The notes under the pieces: model-generated | The model's database searches: none | What the model was told of the DNA's origin: nothing | The model's input: only the letters and a program-made list of their open reading frames with translations | Part shown: in pieces, positions 40,155-49,999 of the stretch | How positions within the stretch are numbered: position 1 is the stretch's first letter | Layout of the letters: each line of letters begins with the position of its first letter | Translations under genes and position numbers: made by a program | Source: Candidatus Dojkabacteria bacterium | GTDB lineage: Bacteria > Patescibacteriota > Dojkabacteria > SC72 > T1SED10-24 | Assembly (NCBI GenBank): GCA_003554185.1 | Contig: PWFU01000107.1 | Coordinates: 2,980-66,979, forward strand | Direction: 5' to 3' | DNA length: 64,000 bases

Positions 40155-41213
40155 CTACTTTTCTTCTTTCGGTATTTCTACAACGAACTCCGTTCCTTTA
40201 TTGACTTCAGAACAGAAGTGTATTCGCCCTTTTATTAATTTAATTAGTCTGGAAATGTAATAGAGGCCGATGCCTGTGCCATTACTTTCACTTTTTTTGA
40301 CATTTTGCGCCCTGAAGAACTTTTGAAAGATTTTCGCTTGTTCTTTTTTAGGTATACCTATACCAGTATCACTCACTGAAATTCTTAGATTATTGTTTTT
40401 TAATTCTGCTTTTATTTTAATCTCACCGTTATTGGGTGTATATTTAATTGCGTTTTCTATTAAGTTTCCTAGTATGTGCCTTATTATTTTTTTGTCTAAA
40501 GGAAATGTTTCTTTCTTGCCTAGATTGTATTTAGTTTCAAGACTAATATCTTTTTCTTTTATCTTTTTAGAATATTCACTTATTATTTCTTCTATAAGAT
40601 TAATAATTTTTTCTTCAGATTTTTCAACAACTATTTTATCTGTATCTAATCTAGAGACATTAAGAAGGTCTTCGATGAGTTCTTGAAGTTTTTGAGCTCC
40701 TTGCTGTGCTGCTTCTATTTCTTCTGATTTGTTCTCTACCATTGATAGGTAACCGTTAATTATGCTTACTGGAGTTCTTAATTGGTGTGAAGCTATAGAT
40801 ATGAATTCGGATTTTGCTTGATCTAATCTTTTTGTTTTTGTAATATTTTCAAAAATCCAAAGCCTTCCAAGATAATCACTTTTGCTGTTGTGAATGGGTG
40901 TAGTAGAAATATTTAGATATTTGTATGGTTCTGTTTTCATTTCAACATCTATATTATCGCTAACGAGGTTTTTTTGTCGTTGAATAGATTTAATTACTTT
41001 GTCGTATTCTTGGGTTTCTGTTATTAATTTTCTGAATTTTTTGTAAAAATGGGTGTCTTGTTTACCTATAAATTCCTGACTATCTTGTCCATTCCATTTT
41101 AGCCAAAAACTGAGCTTTTTATTTATGTATTCAACATTATTTTTTTCATTAAGAATAAGTACTCCGTGTTCTAGAGAATCAATGATAGCTGTAATCAGTG
41201 TGTTATTTATCAT
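40155..41213 (-). CDS. Cytoplasmic PAS-domain histidine kinase
   Basis: PAS N-terminus, SHQLRTP, NLIENAIKY, DTGIGI, GTGIGL; no TM. Confidence 0.93.
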   Translation of the reverse strand: MINNTLITAIIDSLEHGVLILNEKNNVEYINKKLSFWLKWNGQDSQEFIGKQDTHFYKKFRKLITETQEYDKVIKSIQRQKNLVSDNIDVEMKTEPYKYLNISTTPIHNSKSDYLGRLWIFENITKTKRLDQAKSEFISIASHQLRTPVSIINGYLSMVENKSEEIEAAQQGAQKLQELIEDLLNVSRLDTDKIVVEKSEEKIINLIEEIISEYSKKIKEKDISLETKYNLGKKETFPLDKKIIRHILGNLIENAIKYTPNNGEIKIKAELKNNNLRISVSDTGIGIPKKEQAKIFQKFFRAQNVKKSESNGTGIGLYYISRLIKLIKGRIHFCSEVNKGTEFVVEIPKEEK

Positions 41214-42489
41214 TTTGTTTTTTTAGTAATTCAAGAGTTATTTCTTTGTCATCCCAAGGAAGTTCATTTTTCCCATCTAGATTCATACTCTTTTCGTGCC
41301 CCTTACCGGTGATTATGATGATATCTTCCTTTTGAGCAATTTCCAAAGCTTTTTTTATGGCTTCTTTTCTATCATGTATACTATAATATTCCCGTTTGTG
41401 TCCATGCACATTTGATTTTATTCCTTCCAAAGTTTCATTATTTATTTTTTCTATATCCTCTCCTCTTGGATCTTCAGCTGTGAGTATTATTTTATCTGCA
41501 TGTTCTGCAGCTATATTACCCATTTTGGGTCTTTTTTCGTAATCTCTTTTACCTGCACAACCAAAAACTACGATTAGATTCCCTCCTTTTTCTTTTAATA
41601 GTTCTCCTCTTTTAAGAGCATTGTCTAGAGAGTTAGGTGTATGAGCAAAATCCACAATAACTCTAAAGGGTTTATTTTGTAATTCTTCCCACCTGCCTTC
41701 GAGTTGTGGAACTTGAACTAAAGTTTTTTTTATGTCTTTTGCGGGTATTTTAAGATCTTGTGCAACAGCTACAGCGGCCATAATATTAGAGATGTTATAT
41801 CTTCCTTTCAGGTTAGTTTTTAATTGATATACTTCCTTGCCTATTTTTAGACTGAATTTCATATATTTATCTTCTTTAACCAAATCATCCCCTTTTATAT
41901 CAACATTTTGTGTAAATCCATAGCTTAAAACTTTTCTTTCTAAATTACTTGCTAAATCAAAGAGATAATTAAAAGATCCATCATCCTTATTTAAAATAAC
42001 TTTTCCTTTTTCCTTTGTTAGGTGTATTAATTTACTTTTTGTTTTAAGATAATTTTCGTACGTTCTGTGATAATCTAAATGCTCATGAGTGACATTTGTG
42101 AATACAGCATACTCATATGAAATGCCTGCTACTCTGTGTTGGTCAAGTCCGTGAGAAGTTGTTTCGAGGATAGCGTAATCTAGTCCCCTATCTACCATAA
42201 GTTTTAAAAATTTCTGCAGATCTTTAGGGTGGGGATTGGTTACATGAAAATCTAAAGGATATTTTTCGTCCCCTATTTGTGCATTTAAAGTTGATATAAT
42301 TCCAACCTTTTTGTTTGATTGTTTTAGTATTGCGTGTATAAGGTTTGCTGTAGTTGTTTTACCATCTGTTCCAGTAACCCCTATAACTTTGAGTTTTTTG
42401 GAGGGTTTTGAATACCTTATATGGTAGTATTGTGCAGTTAAAAAATGTTTAAAGTTTTTTAGTCTTTGAGGTATTAAACTATTTATCAT
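41203..42489 (-). CDS. murE: UDP-N-acetylmuramoyl-dipeptide--diamino acid ligase
   Basis: IGVTGTDGKTT, ETTSHGLDQ.R, TNVTHEHLDYH, DFAHTP, FGCAGKRD..KRP.MG, GKGHE; specificity motif reads AEDPR, not the mDAP-type DNPR. Confidence 0.92.
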   Translation of the reverse strand: MINSLIPQRLKNFKHFLTAQYYHIRYSKPSKKLKVIGVTGTDGKTTTANLIHAILKQSNKKVGIISTLNAQIGDEKYPLDFHVTNPHPKDLQKFLKLMVDRGLDYAILETTSHGLDQHRVAGISYEYAVFTNVTHEHLDYHRTYENYLKTKSKLIHLTKEKGKVILNKDDGSFNYLFDLASNLERKVLSYGFTQNVDIKGDDLVKEDKYMKFSLKIGKEVYQLKTNLKGRYNISNIMAAVAVAQDLKIPAKDIKKTLVQVPQLEGRWEELQNKPFRVIVDFAHTPNSLDNALKRGELLKEKGGNLIVVFGCAGKRDYEKRPKMGNIAAEHADKIILTAEDPRGEDIEKINNETLEGIKSNVHGHKREYYSIHDRKEAIKKALEIAQKEDIIIITGKGHEKSMNLDGKNELPWDDKEITLELLKKQNDK

Positions 42490-42554
42490 ATGTCAAAGTA
42501 TATGATATTTGTGTTATAAATGAAAACGATAATTATTTGTTCATTAGGATATAT

Positions 42555-43289
42555 ATGCAGATTAAGTTACTTAACAAAAATATTTATTATTATTCAAAAG
42601 GCAAGGGAAAACCTATTCTATTGGTACATGGTTGGGGAGGTTCAAGCAAAAGCATGCAACCTTTAATTAAAGAACTTTCCAAAAATTATACTTGTTATGT
42701 ATTAGATTTGCCTGGTTTTGGATATAGTGATAATCCTGAACCTAATTGGGGGGTAGATGAATATAGTGAATTGATTAAAGAATTTGTTAATAAGGTTATT
42801 GGAAAAGAAATTATATATTGTGGTCATTCTTTTGGTGGTGCTTTAGGTATACATCTTTCTCATAATACCAATTGGGTTAAAAAACTTATTTTAATAGCTC
42901 CAGCCTTTAAAAGAACTTCTTCTCCAAAGACTTCTTTTTCTAATAATTGGTTTTATATAAAGATAAAAAGATTTTTAACACCAATTAGAAAACTTGCTTA
43001 CAGAATATTTTATCCTCATTCTCAAGTATTATCTCATCCCCATCTAGAAGACAATTTCAAAAAGATTGTTACACAAGATTTAACACATATGCTTAAAGAA
43101 ATTAATATCGAAACTTTGGTAATATGGGGGGAAAAAGACTCATTTGTTAATATACAGGACGCATATGTTATAACCAGGGAGATGGAAAATGCAGAACTTA
43201 AAGTTTATAGTGATGCTGAGCATAACTTACCGTTTAAATTTGGAAAAGATGTTTCTGAGGATATAATTTCTTTCTTGGATAAAAAATGA
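42555..43289 (+). CDS. Alpha/beta hydrolase
   Basis: HGWGG, DLPGFG, GHSFGG nucleophile elbow, WGEKD, H; ATGA-coupled to murF. Confidence 0.9.
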   Translation: MQIKLLNKNIYYYSKGKGKPILLVHGWGGSSKSMQPLIKELSKNYTCYVLDLPGFGYSDNPEPNWGVDEYSELIKEFVNKVIGKEIIYCGHSFGGALGIHLSHNTNWVKKLILIAPAFKRTSSPKTSFSNNWFYIKIKRFLTPIRKLAYRIFYPHSQVLSHPHLEDNFKKIVTQDLTHMLKEINIETLVIWGEKDSFVNIQDAYVITREMENAELKVYSDAEHNLPFKFGKDVSEDIISFLDKK

Positions 43290-44737
43290 ATTTAATATTA
43301 CTTGCTTTATCAATAATTCTCTTTTTTTTGCTGTCTTTAAGACATGTATATCAATTTCAACTTGCTGAGTATCGCTTTGTTAGATTTAGATCAATGTTAA
43401 GGGATTCTGGTTTCTTTAATCTTTTGTTTGTTCCTAAATTTGTTTTTCCCGCGAAAACATTTAGGAACTATTTAATTATATTCTTTGCTTTTATACTCCT
43501 TGTAATTATCAATGTAGTCATCTACAACCTTTTGGATATGGTATTGGTATTGTGTTTACTCAATTATTTTTTTGGCAAGATTAGTATCATCCTAGGAGTT
43601 ATAATTACGATCCCATTTGCAAAGATATATAGGGATGGAAAAATTAAACAAGCAAAAGAACTTATTCAAAATTCTGATACTGTTGTCATTGGAGTTACTG
43701 GTTCGTTTGGAAAGAGTTCTGTAAAAGAATTTTTGTATTCGATCTTGAGCAAGAAATATGATGTAGAAAAAACTGAAGGTAATAGAAATACTAACATAGG
43801 TGTTTCTTTAGAAATAATTGAGAAAATACAAAGTAATCCCCAATACTTCATAGTCGAAATGGGTGCATATCATATTGGAGAGATTGAAGAAATATGTAAT
43901 ATCGTAAAACCAACATATGGTTGTTTAACAGGTATAGGCAACCAACATATGGATATATTTGGTTCAATTCAAAACTTGGTAAGAGCAAAATCAGAACTAC
44001 TTAGGTCTTTGCCAAAGGATGGTCTTGGAGTTGTGAATTTCGATAATGAGTATGCTGAAGAATTGTTGGATAGTGTTAAATCTGAGATTTTAACTTATGG
44101 TGAGAAGGAAAATGTTGACTTTAGATTAACAGATATTAGTTACAAAAAAAGAATGATGTTTGTAACTTGTGAGAATGAAGGGAAAAGGTATAAATTTACT
44201 ACAGCTCTATTTGGAAGGCATCATGCAATCAATTTGGTTGGTTGTTTAGCACTAGCCTTAAATCTGGGAATGAGTTATGAGAATATACAAGAAGCTATTG
44301 CAGAGATTGAGCCGATGCCTGGGAAATTATCCATTCACAAGGGTTTAAATGATAGTACCATATTTGATGATGGATATAATTCGAATTTACATGGTTTTTT
44401 ACATGCATTAGATGTTATTTCAAATTTTGAAGCAGAGAAGAAATTTGTTTTTTCCTATGGTATTTTTGAGTTAGGTAAGGAAAAGTTACCTGCGTATAAA
44501 AAGATAGTGGATTTTTTAGAAAAAAATGACATTGTTCTTCTTACTTTAGACAAAAAATTTTTGCAATTCGAATCGGATAAAGTACTTTGGAACGAAGATG
44601 AAACTAAAGTAATGGATTTTCTAAAAGAGAATTTAACTAATAAAGATTTGTTACTGATACAGGGTAGGTGTACAAATGATTTTCTAAATGAATTACAGTT
44701 GAAAAAATATGAATTACCAGATCAAGAAAATTCATGA
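43286..44737 (+). CDS. murF: UDP-N-acetylmuramoyl-tripeptide--D-Ala-D-Ala ligase with N-terminal TM helices
   Basis: IGVTGSFGKSSVKE, NTNIG, VEMGAY, QHMDIFGS, DDGYNSN, ELG. Confidence 0.88.
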   Translation: MNLILLALSIILFFLLSLRHVYQFQLAEYRFVRFRSMLRDSGFFNLLFVPKFVFPAKTFRNYLIIFFAFILLVIINVVIYNLLDMVLVLCLLNYFFGKISIILGVIITIPFAKIYRDGKIKQAKELIQNSDTVVIGVTGSFGKSSVKEFLYSILSKKYDVEKTEGNRNTNIGVSLEIIEKIQSNPQYFIVEMGAYHIGEIEEICNIVKPTYGCLTGIGNQHMDIFGSIQNLVRAKSELLRSLPKDGLGVVNFDNEYAEELLDSVKSEILTYGEKENVDFRLTDISYKKRMMFVTCENEGKRYKFTTALFGRHHAINLVGCLALALNLGMSYENIQEAIAEIEPMPGKLSIHKGLNDSTIFDDGYNSNLHGFLHALDVISNFEAEKKFVFSYGIFELGKEKLPAYKKIVDFLEKNDIVLLTLDKKFLQFESDKVLWNEDETKVMDFLKENLTNKDLLLIQGRCTNDFLNELQLKKYELPDQENS

Positions 44738-45728
44738 CAAAGATGAGTGGAATTCTTTTGTAAAAAAACAATCATATGTAAATATATTATCTTCTTGGCA
44801 GTGGCAAGAATTCGAACGTGATTGTGGAGAAAGTATACATAGTTATGGTGTTTACGCAGATAGTTCTCTAGAAGGAGTTTTTTCGTATCAGTTTTGTAAA
44901 AGTAAAAAAGGTAAGTTTCTACTTTTAAGGCACACTATTTTTTTAGACTGGGAAAACCCTGAATTATTTTCTAAAGTTATATCTTTTTTAGAAAAGGAAT
45001 GTAGGAATTTAGGAGCGTCTTTTTTTAGAATACGCCCTACTCTTCTTTTTAGTCATGAGAATAAAGAATTATTTGAAGAGATTGGATTTAAGAAATCTAT
45101 AATCCAACACTTAGATGCTCAATATACTAGAATTTTAAAACTAGATGATACTCTGGATGATATTTGGATGAATATGAGGAAAAATACTCGTAATCTTGTA
45201 AGAAAGGCTGAGAAACTAGATATAGAAATTATACGTACCCAAGGTGATGAATTTTTGGATGATTTTGAGAAAATATACAATGAAACGGTTAGTAGGCATG
45301 GTTGGAATGCTTTTGATTTTGAACATGTTAAAAAACAATACAAATTTTTAACTTCAAATGATTTATCTGATATGTTTGTTGCTCGTTATGAAGGTAAAAT
45401 TGTTTCTGTAGCAATATTTTCAAAATTTTCAGAACAGGTGATTTATCATCACAGTGGCTCTGTTTCTCTAAAGGATGTTCCTGTGAATTATCTTTTGATT
45501 TGGGAGGCTATAAAATATTACAGAGATATTGGAGTTAAGGAATTTAATTTCTTTGGTGTTGTAGGTAAAGATGAAACGAGACATCCTTGGTATGGTTTAT
45601 CTTTGTTTAAAAGAGGTTTTGGTGGTTCTGATAGAGAGTTGATTGGAGATTATGATTATCACATAAATCCAAAGTATTTTTTTTCTCGCTTTCTGGAAAT
45701 CGTTACCGTATATCTTCGTATAAGATAA
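44709..45728 (+). CDS. FemABX-family peptidoglycan aminoacyl-tRNA transferase
   Basis: LSSWQW, M.KNTRNLVRKAEK, Y..SGS, YLLIWEAI, FNFFGV, GLSLFKRGFGG. Confidence 0.9.
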   Translation: MNYQIKKIHDKDEWNSFVKKQSYVNILSSWQWQEFERDCGESIHSYGVYADSSLEGVFSYQFCKSKKGKFLLLRHTIFLDWENPELFSKVISFLEKECRNLGASFFRIRPTLLFSHENKELFEEIGFKKSIIQHLDAQYTRILKLDDTLDDIWMNMRKNTRNLVRKAEKLDIEIIRTQGDEFLDDFEKIYNETVSRHGWNAFDFEHVKKQYKFLTSNDLSDMFVARYEGKIVSVAIFSKFSEQVIYHHSGSVSLKDVPVNYLLIWEAIKYYRDIGVKEFNFFGVVGKDETRHPWYGLSLFKRGFGGSDRELIGDYDYHINPKYFFSRFLEIVTVYLRIR

Positions 45729-46826
45729 TTATTTAGCTATTATATATATAGCCAGACCTACGATTGCAAATATTGTTGCTAATAGCCACATTCTCATTAC
45801 TACTTTTTCTTCTGCCCAGCCCTTTATTAAGAAATGAAGATGTATGGGAGCCATTTTTAATAATCTTTTTCCGAAAATTTTTCTGTATATCCCTTGAACT
45901 AGAGAAGAACCAATTTCTAAAACGAAGAGGATCCCTATTATAGGGAGTAATATAATTTGTCCTTGTAAGAAGGCTATAGTTGCTAAAATAGTCCCCAAGG
46001 CTAAGGAGCCTGTATCTCCCATTTGAATTCTTGCGGGTTTAATATTGAAATACAAGTACGCAATTAGAGCTCCCATAATTGAAGCTATGAGAATAGATAT
46101 CTCTTGTTGATTTTCTATTAGAGCAATTATCAAAAAAGCTCCAAATGAAGGAAGTAATAATCCTGTTGATAAACCATCCATACCATCTGATATATTAACA
46201 GCATTTGACATTGATACAATCGTAAAGATTACTAGGATTGGCATAAACCAACCAAGTTCCCAACTTCCCCAATAAGGCATCCAAATTTCTGAAATACCTA
46301 GATGTAAGAATAGCCACCAGGCGACAATGATACCGATTATTGTTTGAACAATTATTTTTTCACCAGCGTGAATCCCCTTGCCTGGATAAGAACCTAATGT
46401 ATACCATAGGTTTTTGTATGCGGACCAAGGGATAAGTATAAATAGCCATAAACGCTTCTTCCAATTTTTGTGAACCATTGCCAACTTGATATGCTTTTGT
46501 AATGGACGTACAAATCTTTTTCTACCAAATATATTTAGTAAATCATCCAGAGCTCCTAGAAATGCAGAAATCAAAAGAACGATGATAGGTATAAGTGTGT
46601 ATTCATTCCAATTTGCAGTAAGAGTTATTGCTAAAACAGTAATAATTATTATTAAACCTCCCATTATTGGTGTACCTGCTTTTCTTGCTCTTTCTCCTAC
46701 TACAGAGGAAAAGTCATCTTCTATTTGTCTTACCACTCTAAAACGATATAGTATATTTATAATTAAAGGGGATATCGCAAAGGCGAATAATATAGATAAT
46801 AATAATGTTACAATTACTTCCTGCAT
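45729..46826 (-). CDS. mraY: Phospho-N-acetylmuramoyl-pentapeptide transferase
   Basis: KAGTPIMGG, GALDD, NAVNISDGMDGL, MGDTGSLALG, MAPIH.HF...GW.E. Confidence 0.95.
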   Translation of the reverse strand: MQEVIVTLLLSILFAFAISPLIINILYRFRVVRQIEDDFSSVVGERARKAGTPIMGGLIIIITVLAITLTANWNEYTLIPIIVLLISAFLGALDDLLNIFGRKRFVRPLQKHIKLAMVHKNWKKRLWLFILIPWSAYKNLWYTLGSYPGKGIHAGEKIIVQTIIGIIVAWWLFLHLGISEIWMPYWGSWELGWFMPILVIFTIVSMSNAVNISDGMDGLSTGLLLPSFGAFLIIALIENQQEISILIASIMGALIAYLYFNIKPARIQMGDTGSLALGTILATIAFLQGQIILLPIIGILFVLEIGSSLVQGIYRKIFGKRLLKMAPIHLHFLIKGWAEEKVVMRMWLLATIFAIVGLAIYIIAK

Positions 46827-47569
46827 TTTTCTTGATTAAAAAATTTAGGTCTTCTTATTCCGTTATCTTCTTTTTGTCTAAGGTATTGTTTTAATGTCCA
46901 ACAAACATTATCCTTGTCAACTTCTTTCCACTCTTGTTCTCCTAGGTCTTTGTTTTTATCTGTAATTTTTATCTTACCTTCCCTTACTCCATTTTCTTCC
47001 CCATAATGTGTTGTTGAATGTATATAGGTGATAGTGTTTTGCTTTACTTGAGTTATTATTGCTACATGATGTCCTTTTTTTATGCCTTTGAGCCTAAGTA
47101 AATCTCCTGGCCTGGCATCTTTTATTTCTACAGGAGTAGAATTTGTATTATTAGTTAAAAGATCTGCGGAAATATTTTGTATAGGGCGAATGTATTTTAC
47201 GATTGCATCAAAGATATTTTTATTTTCAAATTTTATATTTGAGTAGAGACTCCCCTTCCCAATAGCACGAAGCCATTGATCAAGGATGTTTGAAACAAAT
47301 CCAGAACATTCAACTCCTATACCTTCCTCTTTCATAAACGCTCTTATTTGTTTCTTACTTGCTTTTTTTAAGTTGAAATTTCTTAGCTTGGCGAATATAA
47401 TAACCTCTTCTTCTATCTCAGTAGGAGATCCTTTACCTACTAAAGAGCGTAGTTCTCCTCTTCTGTCATGTTTTTCATTCATGTAATATGGTGTTTTTAC
47501 ATTTTTGTTTGCTATCTTTAGGTTGAAGTAATTATCTATTAATTTTTCGGCTTCTTTTGGTAATTTCAT
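46814..47569 (-). CDS. NlpC/P60-like cysteine peptidase, no signal peptide
   Basis: GVECSGFV, RPGDLL, HHVAI, IHS (Cys-His-His pattern). Confidence 0.7.
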   Translation of the reverse strand: MKLPKEAEKLIDNYFNLKIANKNVKTPYYMNEKHDRRGELRSLVGKGSPTEIEEEVIIFAKLRNFNLKKASKKQIRAFMKEEGIGVECSGFVSNILDQWLRAIGKGSLYSNIKFENKNIFDAIVKYIRPIQNISADLLTNNTNSTPVEIKDARPGDLLRLKGIKKGHHVAIITQVKQNTITYIHSTTHYGEENGVREGKIKITDKNKDLGEQEWKEVDKDNVCWTLKQYLRQKEDNGIRRPKFFNQEKCRK

Positions 47570-47572
47570 ATT

Positions 47573-48985
47573 TTAGATTAATTTAACATTATTCTGAATT
47601 TTTTTAATAATCCTTTTTGGAATAGATTTTAGTCTCCCTTCCTTGGTTAAAATAGTATCTAATGTTTGTATTCTCGCTACTTCATTATCGGGACTGACCA
47701 GTTGATTTCTTTTTGTTGTTAAAATTAGGTATTCTCCCGGTATTGTATCACTTATATTATACCCTTCATTGGTTTTTACTAAAAGTTTATTATTAAAAAC
47801 ATAGATACCTTGTTCAACATTTTCTTCAATTTTTCTCCTTTTTGAATAAGTATTTCTGAAAATTAATTGACTAGCTTCTACTGGTATTGTTGCTAGTTTA
47901 TTTTGTTCTTCTAAAAACTTTGATATGTTGTTTTCTGAAAGACCTTTTTTAAAATATTTATTCAAGAATCTTATATATTTCCCTTCTTCTGGAAACATAA
48001 ATTCTGCTATATGAAAGGCTTGTAAAGGGATGAATTCCTCATGAAGCATTAATTTTGTATGCATTGAAGTTGATGCTGGTTGTCTTGCGTTGATCTCTAT
48101 TAGATATACCTTTTGTTTGTTTGTAACAATTATATCAATACCTAGTAGCCCTCTGTACCCTGAATCATATAGTGAGGTTTGGATTCTCGAAATTATTTCT
48201 TTAATTTGATTATGTACTTTTTCCCCTAGTTTCTGTGGATAAAGCCAGTCGTTTCCTATTGTTCCACCTTCCCTTGATGTTAGTTCTTCTATCCCAGTTA
48301 TTTGATATGATAATCCACCGTATGCTGGGCCATATCTTGTCACGCACATATTCATTGTGTATATTTCTCCCTCTATAAATTCGGCGATTCTTGCTAATCG
48401 GTTTGGATACTTTTCTCTTTCTGCTTTGTATTCTTCTTCATTTTTTATGAATTTTGTTGAGTTTCCTGTATGTCCTCTGTTGTATTGTATTACAAATTTT
48501 TCTCCTAGTTGTTTTTTTAATTCATGATAATTTATTTTGTTTAAAGGTGTTATAACAGTTTTTGGGAAGAATGAAATTAGATTGTTTAAGCTATTGTATT
48601 GAGAAATTTTTAATTCAAATTTTTTATTTAATGCAGATGTGGTATTTAATAAGTTATACCCGAATTCCTTGCACATTTTTTCGATTCTAAGGGAAGTTTT
48701 AAATACCATTACATTTACATTATCATCTTTGGGTGTATTCTCTCTGATATAATTGTGTACTTTGATACTTTTGAGCAGATTTACTGTACTTCTGTACACT
48801 GGATTGGTTTTCCCTTCTGATTCAGCTAAAGAAAAAATATTTATTCCTCTGGATCTGGCTACTTGAACGATGGGGGTGTTATCTATGCAGATTATGTGAA
48901 AATTTTCTAGGATATCTTCCAGACCTAATGCTCTCTCTGGATCATTGCATAGAAAAAATATTGGTTCACTATATTTAGAATTCAT
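47573..48985 (-). CDS. ATP-grasp ligase of unknown specificity
   Basis: FELKISQ, FVIQYNRGHTGNST, AEFIEG, GYRGLLGID, YLIEINAR. Confidence 0.85.
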   Translation of the reverse strand: MNSKYSEPIFFLCNDPERALGLEDILENFHIICIDNTPIVQVARSRGINIFSLAESEGKTNPVYRSTVNLLKSIKVHNYIRENTPKDDNVNVMVFKTSLRIEKMCKEFGYNLLNTTSALNKKFELKISQYNSLNNLISFFPKTVITPLNKINYHELKKQLGEKFVIQYNRGHTGNSTKFIKNEEEYKAEREKYPNRLARIAEFIEGEIYTMNMCVTRYGPAYGGLSYQITGIEELTSREGGTIGNDWLYPQKLGEKVHNQIKEIISRIQTSLYDSGYRGLLGIDIIVTNKQKVYLIEINARQPASTSMHTKLMLHEEFIPLQAFHIAEFMFPEEGKYIRFLNKYFKKGLSENNISKFLEEQNKLATIPVEASQLIFRNTYSKRRKIEENVEQGIYVFNNKLLVKTNEGYNISDTIPGEYLILTTKRNQLVSPDNEVARIQTLDTILTKEGRLKSIPKRIIKKIQNNVKLI

Positions 48986-49003
48986 GTTTTGTATTATAAT
49001 GAT

Positions 49004-49969
49004 TTAGGTAATGCCAGTAAATATACATAATGGTTTTGACAAACTCCAACCTTTACGCTTAGCCTTGATTATACCCGCTATGGTTAAAGCGCTTTCATTT
49101 GATGTTGATAAATTATTTTTTCTAAGCAATGCTTGAGATTCATCTATTTCTTTGTTACTTATAACCCATCCATGTCCATTAGAATCATTGATAATCTTCT
49201 CTATTTCCTTTGCTCTGTGTCCAATGCGATCAACAATGGATTTTGCTTTACTTGTCTTGGTAGGTAAAAAGTCGCTATCAAAACTTCTTGCTATTGTATT
49301 CACTTTGGTTGTTTGTACAATATGAATTGGTCTTTTTAAACTTAGTCCTTCATATATTCCTTTAGTTGTATTTCCACTGGATGTGGGTATAAAGATGGTG
49401 TCAAAATCTCCCTCTATTTCACAAGCTATTGTTTTAAATCCTTGCCATCCGTATGGGTCAACAGATCCTCTTAAGGAGGTTGTATTATTTTTTTTTGAGT
49501 ATTGTATTTCTTTACTTAATGGTTTTTGGGTGAAATAGAAGTTGATGTTTTCAAAGCTGCAATCTTTTTTACAAAAAAGTTCATTAGAAACTTTATTATC
49601 TAATATCTCTGTTAATCTTTTTAGTTTTTCTTTAGAAATTTTCTCTGAAAGAAAAACATGTAAAGGAAAATTTGTATTTTTAAGAATGTTTATTGCACTT
49701 ATCGCAGCATTACCTGAAGATGATATAGAAAAGTTTTCTTTACCCTCTTGGATATGCGCCGATATTTGATATGCTAATCCTCTGTCTTTGTGCGAACCTG
49801 TGGGGTTTAGATCTTCCCTTTTTATATACAGATGTTTTAATTCTAAATCTTTAGCTAAATCGGGATGATTCTCTAAAGGTGTATTTCCTTCTTTCGAGGT
49901 TAATCTGTTTCCTGGCTTTACATGAGGTTTAAGCAAATCATGGTATTGCCATATTCCTTTTTGTCCCAT
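49004..49969 (-). CDS. PLP-dependent fold-type II enzyme (threonine-synthase-like)
   Basis: EGNTPL, KREDLNPTGSHKDRG, SSSGNAA, GFKTIA.E, PTSSG, C-terminal TG. Confidence 0.85.
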   Translation of the reverse strand: MGQKGIWQYHDLLKPHVKPGNRLTSKEGNTPLENHPDLAKDLELKHLYIKREDLNPTGSHKDRGLAYQISAHIQEGKENFSISSSGNAAISAINILKNTNFPLHVFLSEKISKEKLKRLTEILDNKVSNELFCKKDCSFENINFYFTQKPLSKEIQYSKKNNTTSLRGSVDPYGWQGFKTIACEIEGDFDTIFIPTSSGNTTKGIYEGLSLKRPIHIVQTTKVNTIARSFDSDFLPTKTSKAKSIVDRIGHRAKEIEKIINDSNGHGWVISNKEIDESQALLRKNNLSTSNESALTIAGIIKAKRKGWSLSKPLCIFTGIT

Positions 49970-49999
49970 ACCACATTATATCACAAGATAGGGTTACTC

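Noticed and set aside
48234-48242. Second perfect DnaA box (possible oriC)
   Set aside because: Single copy inside a CDS; no box cluster, unwinding element or dnaA nearby.
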